A DNA stretch of 64,000 bases from NCBI GenBank assembly GCA_028534125.1, contig CM052817.1:91638001-91702000 (forward strand), written 5' to 3'. Of this stretch, positions 1 through 11,005 are shown one piece after another. The notes under the pieces are model-generated. The model did not search any database, was not told the DNA's origin, and was given only the letters and a program-made list of their open reading frames with translations. Numbering within the stretch: the first letter of the stretch is position 1; each line of letters starts with the position of its first letter. A program made the position numbers and the translations under genes. The DNA is from Lama glama. Its lineage: Eukaryota.

Positions 1-36
1 CCACCTCCCCCCAAAAAAGTTTAAAGAAAAAAGAAA
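1..36 (+). mobile_element. 3' tail of a tRNA-derived SINE cut by window edge
   Basis: acctcccccc followed by an A-rich tail, as at the 3' end of the other SINE copies in the window. Confidence 0.4.
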
Positions 37-499
37 GTGTTCCATTTGGGAAAGACCCATTAACCTGAAACAACTCCAGTCAACACTGATTCTGGAAGTT
101 TGTTAGGGAGCATCTCCAAGACCAAACCTTCTCACTCTGAAGTGGCTCCGGTTCATCAGCTGTGAAGTGAAAATAGTCACACTTCTTACATCACTGATTT
201 TATCACCTCTGTTATGAATATATAGACTCAATTACTGATGAAGTTATACTAATAGAAGCAGGGGCTTATCCCTGCTTATTTGATTTAAATCTCAGATGGC
301 AATTTTAAAACCACTTTGCATTTTACTTAATGTATTTTGATATTTACCGAAGTGTAGGTATCCGGCATACAATTTTACTTGAAACAACATAAAGAGACTA
401 GGCCATTAATATTGGCATCAATAGTTGAGGAATTGCTTTGGTTTCCTTTTCTAGGTTTAGTTCTGCATGGAGGCTATAGTATGGGACGTGGGGGGCTTT

Positions 500-700
500 G
501 GGGTCAGATAGCCCCAGATCCAGTCCAAGTTCCACTCGTTTTTAGTTGTCTGATCTTTGCAAATTTCTTAATCGTACTTGGTCACACCTGTCTCTTTTCT
601 AAACTGGGGATGACAATAAAATAAATGTGGGGATGATAAACCCACTACATTGGTTATTGAGAGGATTAAAAATGATCATGCATTTAAAACCCAGCAGCAG
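500..700 (+). mobile_element. MIR SINE fragment
   Basis: Degenerate MIR core (…aaactggggatgacaata…ggttattgagaggattaaa…). Confidence 0.55.
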
Positions 701-750
701 ATCGTGGGCGTTATTATTGTTGTGATTATTTTAAAATCTAGCTTGGTAAT

Positions 751-1209
751 TGCATTAGTTTCCTAGAGTCGCTGTAACAAAGTACCATAAAATGAGCGGC
801 TTAAAGTAACATGAATATATTGTCTTGCTGTTCTAGAAGCTAGAAGTCCCAAATCAGGTGTCAACAGGGCCCACGCTCCCTCTGAAACGTGTAGGGGAAC
901 CCTTCTTTGTCCCTTCCTAGCTTCCAGTGTTTGCCAGCAATCCTTACCTTGTAGGTATACCCCTTCAGCCACATGACATTTTCTCCACCCGTGTCTTCCC
1001 ATGGTCTTTCCTGTGTGCATGTCTGTCTCCATGTGTAAATTTCCCCTCTTGTAAGGACCCAGTCAATACTAGATTAGGGCCCCCACTCATACCTTATTTT
1101 AACCTGACTTCTGCAAACATCCTGTTTCCAGCGTCACATTCTTATGTCCTGGAATTTGCACTTCAACATACCTTTTTTTGGCAGGGGAGATACAGTTCGA
1201 CCTATGACA
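751..1209 (-). mobile_element. MLT1 (ERVL-MaLR) solo LTR
   Basis: Typical MLT1 antisense motifs: tgcattagtttcct…gctgtaacaaagtacca, ttctagaagctagaagtcc, gattagggcccccac, ending …tgaca. Confidence 0.8.
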
Positions 1210-1285
1210 CTAATAGAAGTTCTTTCAAAAATTCTCCAAAGTAAGAACTAGTGTCTCACATTTTGCAATCTAAAATCTCTTCCCT

Positions 1286-1422
1286 GGTGGGGAGGGTTGT
1301 AGCTCTGTGGTAGAGCACGTGCTTAGCGTGCACCAGGTCCTGGGTTCAATCACCCATACCGCCATTAAAAATAAATAAATAAATGAATAAACCCAATTAC
1401 CTCTCCCCCCAAAAAATGAAAA
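1286..1422 (+). mobile_element. tRNA-derived SINE (camelid Vic-1-like), full length
   Basis: Head with A box (tagctctgtgg) and B box (ggttcaatc), (TAAA)n, then aattacctctcccccc and A tail. Perfect 15-bp TSD TAAAATCTCTTCCCT at 1271-1285 and 1423-1437. Confidence 0.92.
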
Positions 1423-1884
1423 TAAAATCTCTTCCCTACAAGATGTTATTGTCACTGAGATTTTGCTCATCAAGGATGTTTGGATATAAAAACATAAACT
1501 CAAGTTTGTTCTGTTTGTCAATAATTTTGAAAGCAAGGAATGCACTCTGTTTAAAGCGGGAGGCATTCTTTCCAGCAAGATTCTGTCAAGTATGCGTTAC
1601 GGGACCCTATTCACTGCCTTTCATCCAGACAAGCAAGAGCCAAACGCCATTTTCTCTTGGGTGGTGGCCAACCCCCTCCCTGGGTCTTGATTTCAAATGG
1701 TCCTCCAAACCCATCCTTCTGGTCTCTAGTCTGTAGTAAAGACCAGTGTCTGTGTTTTATGTAGTATTTGGGATGTACTTGGCAATGCTAGGAACGTGGG
1801 GATGCTGTCAAGTTACCCTTGATGGACTAAGGGAAAATATCATAGGTTCTTAGAGTTGGAAAGTCTCTTAGATATCATCTCGTT

Positions 1885-2058
1885 CAGTGATTCCCAAATC
1901 TGGATGTGGGCGGGATCACTCAGGGAACTTTTAAACATAGTGATTCCTAGGCTTTATCTGAGAGACTCAAGCAGAGTGGCAAGGTAGATCTGGACTTTTA
2001 AAAAGCTCTCCCCATAATTTGGTTACGGTCATTGTAGCACCAGCATCGGAAGTCCCTG
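1885..2058. mobile_element. MER5-type hAT MITE (degenerate)
   Basis: cagtgattcccaaa…gaacttttaaa…gactttaaaaagctc motifs typical of MER5B. Confidence 0.5.
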
Positions 2059-2734
2059 GTAGGTGAGGAGCTGAGGCTCAGAGAGGCTGACTCACTGCTC
2101 TTGCTTGGTCAGTGTTAAGTAGCTGACTGACTCCCCGTTAAGGGCTGGTTCCACTGCTCCAGCTTTCTTCTCCGGCGGTGCCAGGGCTTTAATCCTGGCG
2201 ATGTTTGCAAGGGGAGCGCAAAACTCTCTCACTGAGGCTTGTTCCAGAGAGCCTTTCAAGGGCACAGCAGGTGCCGGAGGTGTTTGTGATTTCTTCAGCG
2301 TGTGAAATAGCTTTGCAACGGGTTGTGCAGGCGGGTGTGTCTCCTTCTAAGGGTTCTGTCTTTTATGTTCTTTGTTCTAACATAAGTTTTTACATCACTG
2401 AACCATGCTTCCACTTTTAAAACATAAACTTTTTTTTTAAAGGAGAACTGAAAGGATAGTTATAAAGAGCCATAAACACCTTTCCATCAGAAACCACCCA
2501 TGAAAGGTAGAGAGTTTGTAGGGAGTGGGGCCAGAGCAGAGAGAAAGGCTGCAGGAAGTCAGCTTCCCACAGAGACGAGAGTTTGGGGTGCAAGAGGAGG
2601 AGGGCAAGGACCATGATCCCGCTCTGCACGTTAAGACACTGTCTGGCTATCAGTGCAGCTTGGGATGAGTCAGCCGTCTCAGAGTTAAGCTGAATGTGGA
2701 AGAAAGTAGAAGTTAGGAGCCCTCATGTTGAAGT

Positions 2735-2905
2735 CCATCAGACCTGGGTTCAGATTCAAGCTCTCTCACCAATGAGCCACTTACTAATGTCTCTGAGCCT
2801 CGGTTTTCACACCTGTAACATGGGGGTAGTAACCTCATAGGGTGGGGGTGAGACTTGGAGTGCACAGTGGTGGTGCTATTATCATGGAAGAATTGTTTCA
2901 GGGAC
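2735..2905 (+). mobile_element. MIR SINE
   Basis: cagacctgggttcagatt…tctctgagcctcggttttcacacctgtaacatgggg MIR core. Confidence 0.7.
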
Positions 2906-3572
2906 TTGTGGGGGCCTTCTGTCATCTGTTTGAAGCCCTCTGCTGATATCTTCCCAAGGTAGACAGTGGGCCTGTGCCCCACTTCAGCAGAGTGTGTGGT
3001 ATCGCGTGAATGTGGCCCCACTTTGCTATCAGAGGAGGGAGGTGCTGTCTCTGGCTGTCTGTCCCCCTTTCTGGTCTACCACTGGTGGATCTGAACTAGC
3101 AACCTTTTACTTTGCAAACATGAGTTGGTGCAGGAGAAGAAAGGTATGTTTGGGAGGGGAGGTCAAGGGGGAGGCCTAGACTAGAAAGGTGGAGTTGGCT
3201 CTGGAGAGGCCCTGGTGCCAGACCAGAGAGGGTAAGACTCAGATACTGGGGTGTCGGGCAGGCATGAGGTCGAGGAGGCAACGTCTACAAAGAAAGTAGG
3301 AGCAGAGGAAGGGGAGCCGGCAAAGACCGGACAGTCTTCTGCATCTTAGAATTCCACCCAGGCTCACCTGGCTGGGTGGACTTCGTTTTAAGCTTTGAAT
3401 CCCTTCCCTAATTCTGACCCGTTCACTGGGACAGGATGCTCTGTCCCAGCCTTTTTATCTCTAAGATAGACAAAACCAAAGGCCTCCCTTATAAATTGAT
3501 TCAACAAGTAATAGATCGAGAACAGCTGTGAATGTCTTCACTGTTTTCCTCAAGGAATACGTTGAGACCCTT

Positions 3573-4052
3573 TGATACTAAGCAAGATCCTGTGGGGTCC
3601 TCCCTGGTACAAATCATTCTGTGTTCCCTGTTTCTTGTTAGTAGGTTATAGGCTTCATTCAGCCTCCTTGACTTTCCCTGAGTTCCAAAGGGCAGATTCA
3701 AACAGTTGCTAATCTGGGAAGGGAAGGGATGCAGAGATAGTGGAGGAGTATGTTAGCCACTATATATAAAAATAGATTAAAAAAAGGTTTATTCTGTATA
3801 GCACAGGAGACTATGTTCAGTATCTTGTAATAACCTTTAATGAAAAAGAATATGAAAACAAATATATGTATGTATATGCATGACTGGGACACTGTGCTGT
3901 ACACCAGAAACTGACACATTGTAACTGACTAAGTTTCAATATTAAAAAAAGAAAAAACGGTGCAGGCGTGGGGCAAGGTCCTGGTTCCTCCTCAAGGAAT
4001 ATACATAACAGTATCTTTGAGCTTTTCTGTAGGAACTAAGGCCCCCCCCAAC
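3573..4052 (+). mobile_element. ERV1-type LTR, 5' part, interrupted by an L1 fragment
   Basis: Reverse-complement homology to the LTR at 6760-7402 (shared ttcattcagc, tgctaatc, ggggcaaggtcctg, cctcaagga…acataacagtatctt). Confidence 0.75.
3749..3957 (+). mobile_element. L1 3' end fragment nested in LTR
   Basis: gtatagcacaggagactatgttcagtatcttgtaataacc…gctgtacaccagaaactgacacattgtaa followed by A tail; laurasiatherian L1 3' UTR. Confidence 0.85.
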
Positions 4053-4170
4053 CCCTGCCTCTTATTTATGGCTGAGCAGGATCTTCAGAGATGGTTTTCT
4101 AGGGGACACTGGGTCCACCAGATTGCTGGCATTCAGATGAAAAGCAACTTTCCTGTTTGGTTAGCAAGGC

Positions 4171-4635
4171 TGTTGCCCCCAGGATCATACCCCTGCCCCT
4201 CCCTCGAATAGAAACCAATTATCCTTACCTTAGTCTCAGGAGGCAGCTGCAAAGAAAAGAGACAAGAACTGATTAGAACCTGCGAACCCCAAGATGGGGG
4301 AGGATTTGACTTCCAGTGGACCTTGAACCTCATTATACACTCATTGTAATGCATTAGCATGCTAAGTGACACACCCCCAGCACCATGACAACAAGGACAG
4401 AAAAGAAAGGCAATTGGCTCCAGCGCACCTGGAACGAGCACATGATGGCAGAAGCCTCCCGTAAAAGTCCACGTGGCCCGACCGGCCATCTTGGCTGACG
4501 GCTCCCTGCTCGAGTGCTTTCTCTCCTTTTCCTCTTCTGAGCAATAAAACAGCCATTCACTTTGTTCCTCTGCCACAGCTGGCTGCCAAGACCCACACTT
4601 TCATGAGCCTCCGAATTTAGGGGTCTCTGGTAACA
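4171..4635 (+). mobile_element. MER41-related ERV1 solo LTR
   Basis: TGTTG…GGTAACA termini; MER41-like attagcatgctaagtgacacacccccagcaccatgaca; AATAAA near 4543. Confidence 0.7.
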
Positions 4636-4711
4636 CCTTGAGGGCACACTCCCTCTCCCCTGGGGCATTGGAAGGGGCAGCCTCTAGCCCTGGAAAGGAC
4701 TCAGGCAGGGC

Positions 4712-5212
4712 TGTTGCCAGAGAATAGATTCTTGCGTCGCTGAAGAGAATTCAAGAGCAAGGCATAGTAAAATGAAAGCAAGTTTATTTAGAGATACGCA
4801 CTCCATAGACAGAGTGGGGTCCGTCTCACTCAGAAGGGAAAGTGATTTAGGAGATCCACACTCCATGGACAGAGTGTGGGCCAGCTCAGAAGGCGAGAGT
4901 GAGAGAGACTATGAGGTGCAGTTGTCAGTTCTTATGGGCTTGGTAATTTTATACCCTAATGAGTGGAGGATTATTCCAACTATGTTGGGGAAAGGGTGAG
5001 GATTTCCAGGAAACTGCCCCCAACCCCTCACCCTGCCTGCTTTTTGACCTTTTTTGGTCAGCCTGGGAACTGCCATGGTGCCTGTGGGTGTGCCGTGAGG
5101 CTCAAGGTCTACTGAAAGTCGAATCCTCTGCCATCCTGGTTCCAATCTGTCTTGTCCGCAATTGCTGTGTCACTCCTTCAGTGGCTGTGCCCTGCCCCCT
5201 CTCCCCTTCTCA
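4712..5212 (-). mobile_element. MER41-like ERV1 solo LTR
   Basis: Minus strand has MER41 hallmarks: cagtttcctggaa, gaataatcctcc, ctctgtctatggagt, aataaacttgctttcattttact, gaattct…caagaa, terminal …ggcaaca. Confidence 0.8.
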
Positions 5213-5956
5213 AAGACACCAGTCCTATTTTTCAAACTTTATCATTCTCTCTCAGTAACTGCGGCTATGTTTGTTGAGTTGTATTAACACAGGGGTAAAC
5301 ACTGAATTATGTGTGATATGCTCTTCATGCCTCAAAGACAAGGCCTAGATGTTATTTATATCCCAAATCCATCTTTGCTTCTGAAGGTTTCTAAGCCCTT
5401 TGATATAGTGATTATCACTCAATCACTTAGCATATTAACAATGAAATTTCTAGACAAAACATATCCAGGTCATTTCTGCTCTCTGAGCCTCGGTGTACTA
5501 TGTAAAAGGAGGTCTCCTCTGAACAACAACTAAGGCTCATTGTGATAAAATCCTACGTCTCAAGAAGCCATGGCCCCAGGCAGTCTGCGGTGGGGATAAC
5601 AAGGGGCACATCTCAGCTGTAACAAGCAGGGGAAAGTAGGATAAAATGTGTGTCGAGCACTCTCTCAAAGGGGAAGAATTAAGCCATTCACTCTTTTATC
5701 TTCCGTTTAACACACGTGTATTGAGCACTTAGAATGCATAAAGGAATTGTGAAGAAAAGACAGGTGCTGCGGGAGCTGCCGATGGAAGGAGGTGGGGGTG
5801 GAGCACAAACCTCCTAGAGGAGCCTGTTCTGGGGAGAGATTGTCCAGGAGGTGACAGGGAATGCAACCTATGCCCTTTGATATAGAAAATCCCGCCTAGT
5901 TTCCCCAGAGATACCCTTCGCTTGTTAGATATGTACCCCTATTTGGGGCTCAAACA

Positions 5957-6554
5957 TTTTTTAAAAATTGAAAATACAGTTGATTTAAAATGTTTCTGGT
6001 GCACAGCAAAGTGATCAGTTATATACACACATACATGTATATTCTTTTTCGTATTTTTCCATTATGGCTTATTATAGGGTACTGACTGTAGTTCCCTGTG
6101 CTACACAGTAGGACCTTGTTTATCTATTTTATATACAGTAGTTTCTATCTGCTAATCTCAAACTCCTAATTTATCCCTCTGCCACCCCTTTTCTTCTTTG
6201 GTAAGCATGTTTGTTTTCTATGTCTGTGAATCTGTTTCTGTTTTGTAAATAAGCTCATTTGTATCATATTTTAGATTCCACATTTAAGTGATATGGTATT
6301 TGTCTTTCTCTTTCTGACTAATTTCACTTAGCATGATAATCTCTAGGTCCATCCATGTTGCTGCAAATGGCATTATTTCATACTTTTTTTATGGCTGAGT
6401 AGAATTCCACTATATATATATGTCCCACATCTTTATCCAGTCATCTGTTGATGGACACTTAGGTTGCTTCCTGTCTTGTCTATTGTAAATAGTGCTGCTT
6501 TGAACACTGCGGTGCATGTATCTTTTTGAATTAGAGTTTTCTCTGGGTATTTGT
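5957..6554 (-). mobile_element. L1 3' end (5'-truncated)
   Basis: Antisense L1 3' UTR and ORF2 C-terminal remnant (KDTCTAVFKAALFTI); degenerate TSD around gggctcaaa(a)ca. Confidence 0.9.
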
Positions 6555-6759
6555 TGGGCTCAAAACACTTAATCAGGGTAGCCACGGGGTAAGAGAGAAT
6601 CCTGAAAAAGTACCCTTCCACCTCTCCTCACCCTACCACTGAGTCAGAGAGACAAGCCAAGGGCTGAAGTGGCCCAGTCTGCCTTGATGGGGGTGTCGGT
6701 GCTACATTAGGAGCTCAGGTTATTCATCTGTATGAGCTAGGGAGTCTTTAAAGTCCTAG

Positions 6760-7402
6760 TGTTACCCAACAAAAGTTCACGTGTCCAATGCACAATGAGG
6801 CCAAACAAACCAAAACATCAGAAAAGAAAGGTTCATTGCAGGGCTAAGTACAAAGGATGGGCTGCTCACACTCAAAAAACCTGAACTCCTTGATGGTTTC
6901 TGGGGAAAAGTTTTCATAGGCAAAATCTGAGGGTAGGGCTGCAGGGTGTGTGACTTTCTTCTGACTGGTTACTGCTGAGGTAATAGGGCAGTGTCCAGGA
7001 ATCGGTGCTCAGCCTGAAGTTACCATCCTCCACCGGGGTGGGGACCTTGGTTCCTGCAGCAGAACTCGAAGATACTGTTATGTATAATCCTTGAGGAGGA
7101 ATCAGGACCTTGCCCCAAGGCTGGTCTGTTGTTTCCTGAATGTTGCATCCCCTCCCTTCCCTGATTAGCAAAAGTGCCACAGCCAGCAGGGACCCACACT
7201 TTCATGGAACCCCTAATTTAGGGATCTCTATCCGCTGACACCTTGAGGGCATACTCCCTCTTCCCTGGAAAGGACTCAGGCAGGGCTGTGGGGCTCAGGG
7301 AATGTCAAGGATGCTGAATGAAGCCCCTTTCCTACAGACAAGAAACAGGGAACACAGAAAGGATTTGTGCCCCGGAGGGCCCTGCAGGGACCTGCTGTTC
7401 CA
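6760..7402 (-). mobile_element. ERV1-type solo LTR carrying a foreign ~115-bp insert
   Basis: TGTTACC…TTCCA termini; homologous to 3573-4052 and to the 3' part of 18051-18525. Confidence 0.8.
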
Positions 7403-8110
7403 CTCATGCTGAGTTTGGGAGGAGGTGGGTGAGATGGCTGTGGTACTTTCTGGCCAGCTCTGCCTGTGGCCCTTTTCTAGATCATGGGATGAACCTACCC
7501 AGTAGCTGGTGATGAGGGAAGTAGGGGTTATTATCTCTCATATTTCATACTCAGGAATAGTAAAGAATTAAAAGCTTAAGTAATGTTCCCAAGGTCACGT
7601 GGTGAATCAGTAAGCGAGACAGGGAGACGATGCAGGTTTCTGGTCCTTCCAGTTTTGTTGCCTCAGCCTTAGATCTTGCGTCAGATTTATATCTTTAAAT
7701 CCCACATTTGGTTAGGATTAGGGTCTGTAGCTAGGTATTAGTTCCATTTTAACTTTCCTCATTAAAAAAAAAAGCAAGTGGGGTAGCCCTCACTTTCCTA
7801 ACCTTCTACTGCAAAACTGCTTTATGACTTTATTGGACAAGACCTAAAAAATGGTCGAATTTTCCCCAGCACGTTTGAATAGCTTTGTTCTTCCTGCTCT
7901 CGGAACTCTACCACAGCTGTCTGGTGGAGATGGAGCGCTCCAACCAGGATGGGCCGGAACTCCAGCTGCTGGTGAGCAAGTGTTCACTATTTATAGCGAG
8001 AGAGGGGCTGCAAAGGAATGGAATTTTTTCCTTCTGAGTAGTTTGGATGCAAGCAATAGGAAGTGGGCTCTGCTAGATGCTAAATTTGATGACATGAATG
8101 AGGTCTGTTA

Positions 8111-8288
8111 CAGCACTTCTCAAACTTGACTGTGCATCACAATCACCCGGAGGGGGTTGTTAAAGCACAGATTGCTGGGCACCACCCCCAGAGTTTGTGA
8201 ATCAGTGGATCTGGGGTGGAGCCCAAGAAAGTACATTTCTAACAAGTTCTTGGGTAATGCTAAAGGGCAGGTTGGTGAACCACGGCTT
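8111..8288. mobile_element. MER5A hAT MITE
   Basis: cagcacttctcaaactt…acagattgctggg…catttctaacaagttc. Confidence 0.85.
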
Positions 8289-8546
8289 TATTAGGATGGG
8301 TGGGGTGTACCGGGCAGGGCCACAATGCAGGACAGCAGACTGAACCAAAGATAGGCACTGACACGCACCAAAAGACTCTCTCTGGTGATCTTGCGGTTCT
8401 TGTCCAATCAAAATTAGTCGCTTCTGAGTCGGCATTTCCAGAGCAAATGTATTATTTTATAAATAAAATGGCATAAGATTTAAAAGATAAGGCTCATAGG
8501 AAATGTGTGTGTACTATTTAATAAAAACTCTTTCCCCCCTCTCTCT

Positions 8547-9020
8547 TGTTGGGGGACATGGCAGGCCGGTGTGCAGGTGGTAAAAGAATTTACCAAAGGC
8601 GAAGGACAAAAATAGAAAGAGTTTTTATTACGTTATGCTGCCATTGACAACAGTGGGCCACACAGACGAGAAGTGCCCGTGGGAGCCCCGAGGGTTAGCT
8701 GTTGAGGTCTTTTCTGGGTAAGGGGTTGGTGACCACAGTGGGTTGGGGGCTGCATGTGTGCACAGTTCTCTGATTGGTTGTAGGTGAGGTAAGAAGTTTA
8801 GGGTCCATGCAAGGTGGTGGGGTGTATGACTCTGATAAGGTGGGCTGAAACAAACCAGCCTGAGTTACCGTGAGATTAGACATTACCTAGGGCTGTTCGC
8901 TTGTTAGGGAGAACATGACCAGTAAAGAGTGTACTTTATCTGTTGAGGGATCTCAGGCAGACATCTGAGAGCCCAGGAATGAGGGTCGTTGGACTTGGAA
9001 GGATGTCAGTTGGCCCCACA
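8547..9020 (-). mobile_element. Solo LTR (endogenous retrovirus)
   Basis: TG…CA ends with imperfect terminal inverted repeats (tgttgggg / ccccaca), 5-bp TSD TCTCT (8542-8546, 9021-9025), antisense AATAAA and CCAAT. Confidence 0.75.
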
Positions 9021-9327
9021 TCTCTCTTCTTTCTCCAGTGAAAACCTGTGATTTATTAGGTCATTTTATCCCATCGTCATGTTTGGAGTCAAAGCTGGCA
9101 GATTTGACCTCCACTTTTAACTCTAAGCATCCGCCTTTGATGGAGAGCCAGGGAAAAGCCAGCAGACGGGCACCACAGAAACATGGCTGATCTGCTGGGT
9201 AGACAAAGACCTTAGCTTTGGCCTTTCAGTTTCTTATACAAGATGGGCCTGTTTAGGTTTTCTGTTTCCTTTTGAATGAATTTTGATGTACATTTTCCTA
9301 AAAAAAAAATCCATTTTGCTCAGACTT

Positions 9328-9427
9328 NNNNNNNNNNNNNNNNNNNNNNNNNNNNNNNNNNNNNNNNNNNNNNNNNNNNNNNNNNNNNNNNNNNNNNNNN
9401 NNNNNNNNNNNNNNNNNNNNNNNNNNN
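9328..9427. other. Assembly gap (100 N)
   Basis: Run of exactly 100 N. Confidence 0.99.
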
Positions 9428-9519
<92 letters not shown>

Positions 9520-9526
9520 TTTTTTT
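9428..9526. repeat. (CTTT)n microsatellite abutting the gap
   Basis: More than 20 perfect CTTT units. Confidence 0.97.
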
Positions 9527-9768
9527 GAACAATGAGCCAGCTATGGACTTCTTTATCAATATGAAGACCTGCAAAGGATCTGAGATTTTATCCTATTTGA
9601 AAACTAACAAGCTAGTGAATCTGCTCACAGAACACGCAAGCCTCCCCAGTCCGAGAGAGCTAGAACATCAGTATTTTCACCACTTCCCACCTGTGGAGGC
9701 CATGTGATGCCTGCTCACGTAGTGGGTTGGAGGAAAGGAATCTGGATCCAAAGTTGAGTGATCTTGAA

Positions 9769-10490
9769 TTTTTTATTTAAAAATTAAAATAAATTATTTA
9801 CTTATTTATTTTTAATTGAAGTTTAGTTAATTCACAATGTTGTGTTAGTTTCTGGTATACAGCAAAGTGATTCTGTTAATTCAATCCCTATCAAATTACC
9901 CAGGACATTTTTCACAAAACTGGGACAAATAATCCTAAAATGTATATGAAACCATGAAAGACGCAGAATTGCCAAAGCAATCCTGAGGAAAAAGAGCAAA
10001 GCTGGAGGCATAACCCTCCCAGACTTCAGACAATACTACAGGTCTACAGTAGTCAAAACTGTGTGGTATTTGCACAAAAACAGACATATGGATCAGTGAA
10101 ACAGAATAGAGAGCCCAGAAATAAACCCACAGACCTATGGTCAATTAATCTTTGACAAAGGAGGCAAGAATATACAGTGGAGAAAAGACTAGTCTCTTGG
10201 GCAAGTGGTGTTGGGAAAACTGGACAGCAGCATTGCAAATCAATGAAGTTAGACTATTCCCTCACACCATACACAAAAATAAACTCAAAATGGCTTACAG
10301 ACGTTTACACTATGAAACTCCTAGAAGAGAACATAGGCAAAACATTCTGTGATATAAGTTGTAGCAACGTTTTCTTGGGTCTGTCTCCCAAAGCAAAAGA
10401 AATACAAGTGAAAATAAACAAATTGGACGTAATCAAACTTACACAAGCTTTTGCACAGCAGAGGAAACCATCAGCAAACAAGACAAACTG
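9769..10490. mobile_element. L1 with probable 5' inversion
   Basis: 9769-9878 is an antisense L1 3' end (T-rich tail, ttgaagtttagtt…tacagcaaagtgattc). 9879-10490 is a sense-strand ORF2 fragment (ccctatcaaattaccc…; [28 protein letters not shown]). Confidence 0.8.
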
Positions 10491-10696
10491 CGAACTTGTT
10501 TATAATGGAAAGTAAGAATGCCTGCCCTCTGGACAGAGGCACTCTATCTAGCTTCTCAAGCTGTTTGCTCCACACACCTCCTTGAAAAGAGGGGGTAGAG
10601 CAAAAGCAGCCAGTGTGTCTGCTACTGAGATGTGCAGAAATCCAGGAGACCCAGGGAGCACTGGCTCCCAATAAGCAAGTCCACCGATTTTGTTTT

Positions 10697-10771
10697 TGTT
10701 TTTTTTTAAAAAATATTTATTTATTTATTTTCTGGGGGAAGGGTAATTAGGTTTGTTTGTACTTGGAGGGT
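10697..10771 (-). mobile_element. 5'-truncated SINE tail
   Basis: Antisense aaacctaattacccttccccc plus A tail; 18-bp TSD gtccac(c/t)gattttgtttt at 10679-10696 and 10772-10789. Confidence 0.75.
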
Positions 10772-10897
10772 GTCCACTGATTTTGTTTTCAACTTCATTA
10801 TATTCCGCTTTCATTTTAAATTTTACTTTCCCTAGATTTAAAAAATTAATTAAAAAACTTTTTGAATTGAATAGTCATTTCCTTCACATTCAATCTT

Positions 10898-11005
10898 TTT
10901 TTTAAATTGAAGTATAGTCAGTTACAATGTGTCAATTTCTGGGGTACAGCATAATGTTTCAGTCATACATAAACATATATATATATTCATTTTAATATTC
11001 TTTTT
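10898..11005 (-). mobile_element. Very short L1 3' end
   Basis: ttgaagtatagtcagttacaatgtgtc…; 16-bp TSD cttcacattca(a/c)tctt at 10882-10897 and 11006-11021. Confidence 0.85.

Noticed and set aside
1286..1370. tRNA-like sequences here and at 16770-16843, 41933-42005, 57140-57214
   Set aside because: They are SINE heads with AT-rich tails and TSDs, not tRNA genes.
9276..9707. ORFs with FLSF/KERK repeats
   Set aside because: Artefacts of the N gap and the (CTTT)n microsatellite.
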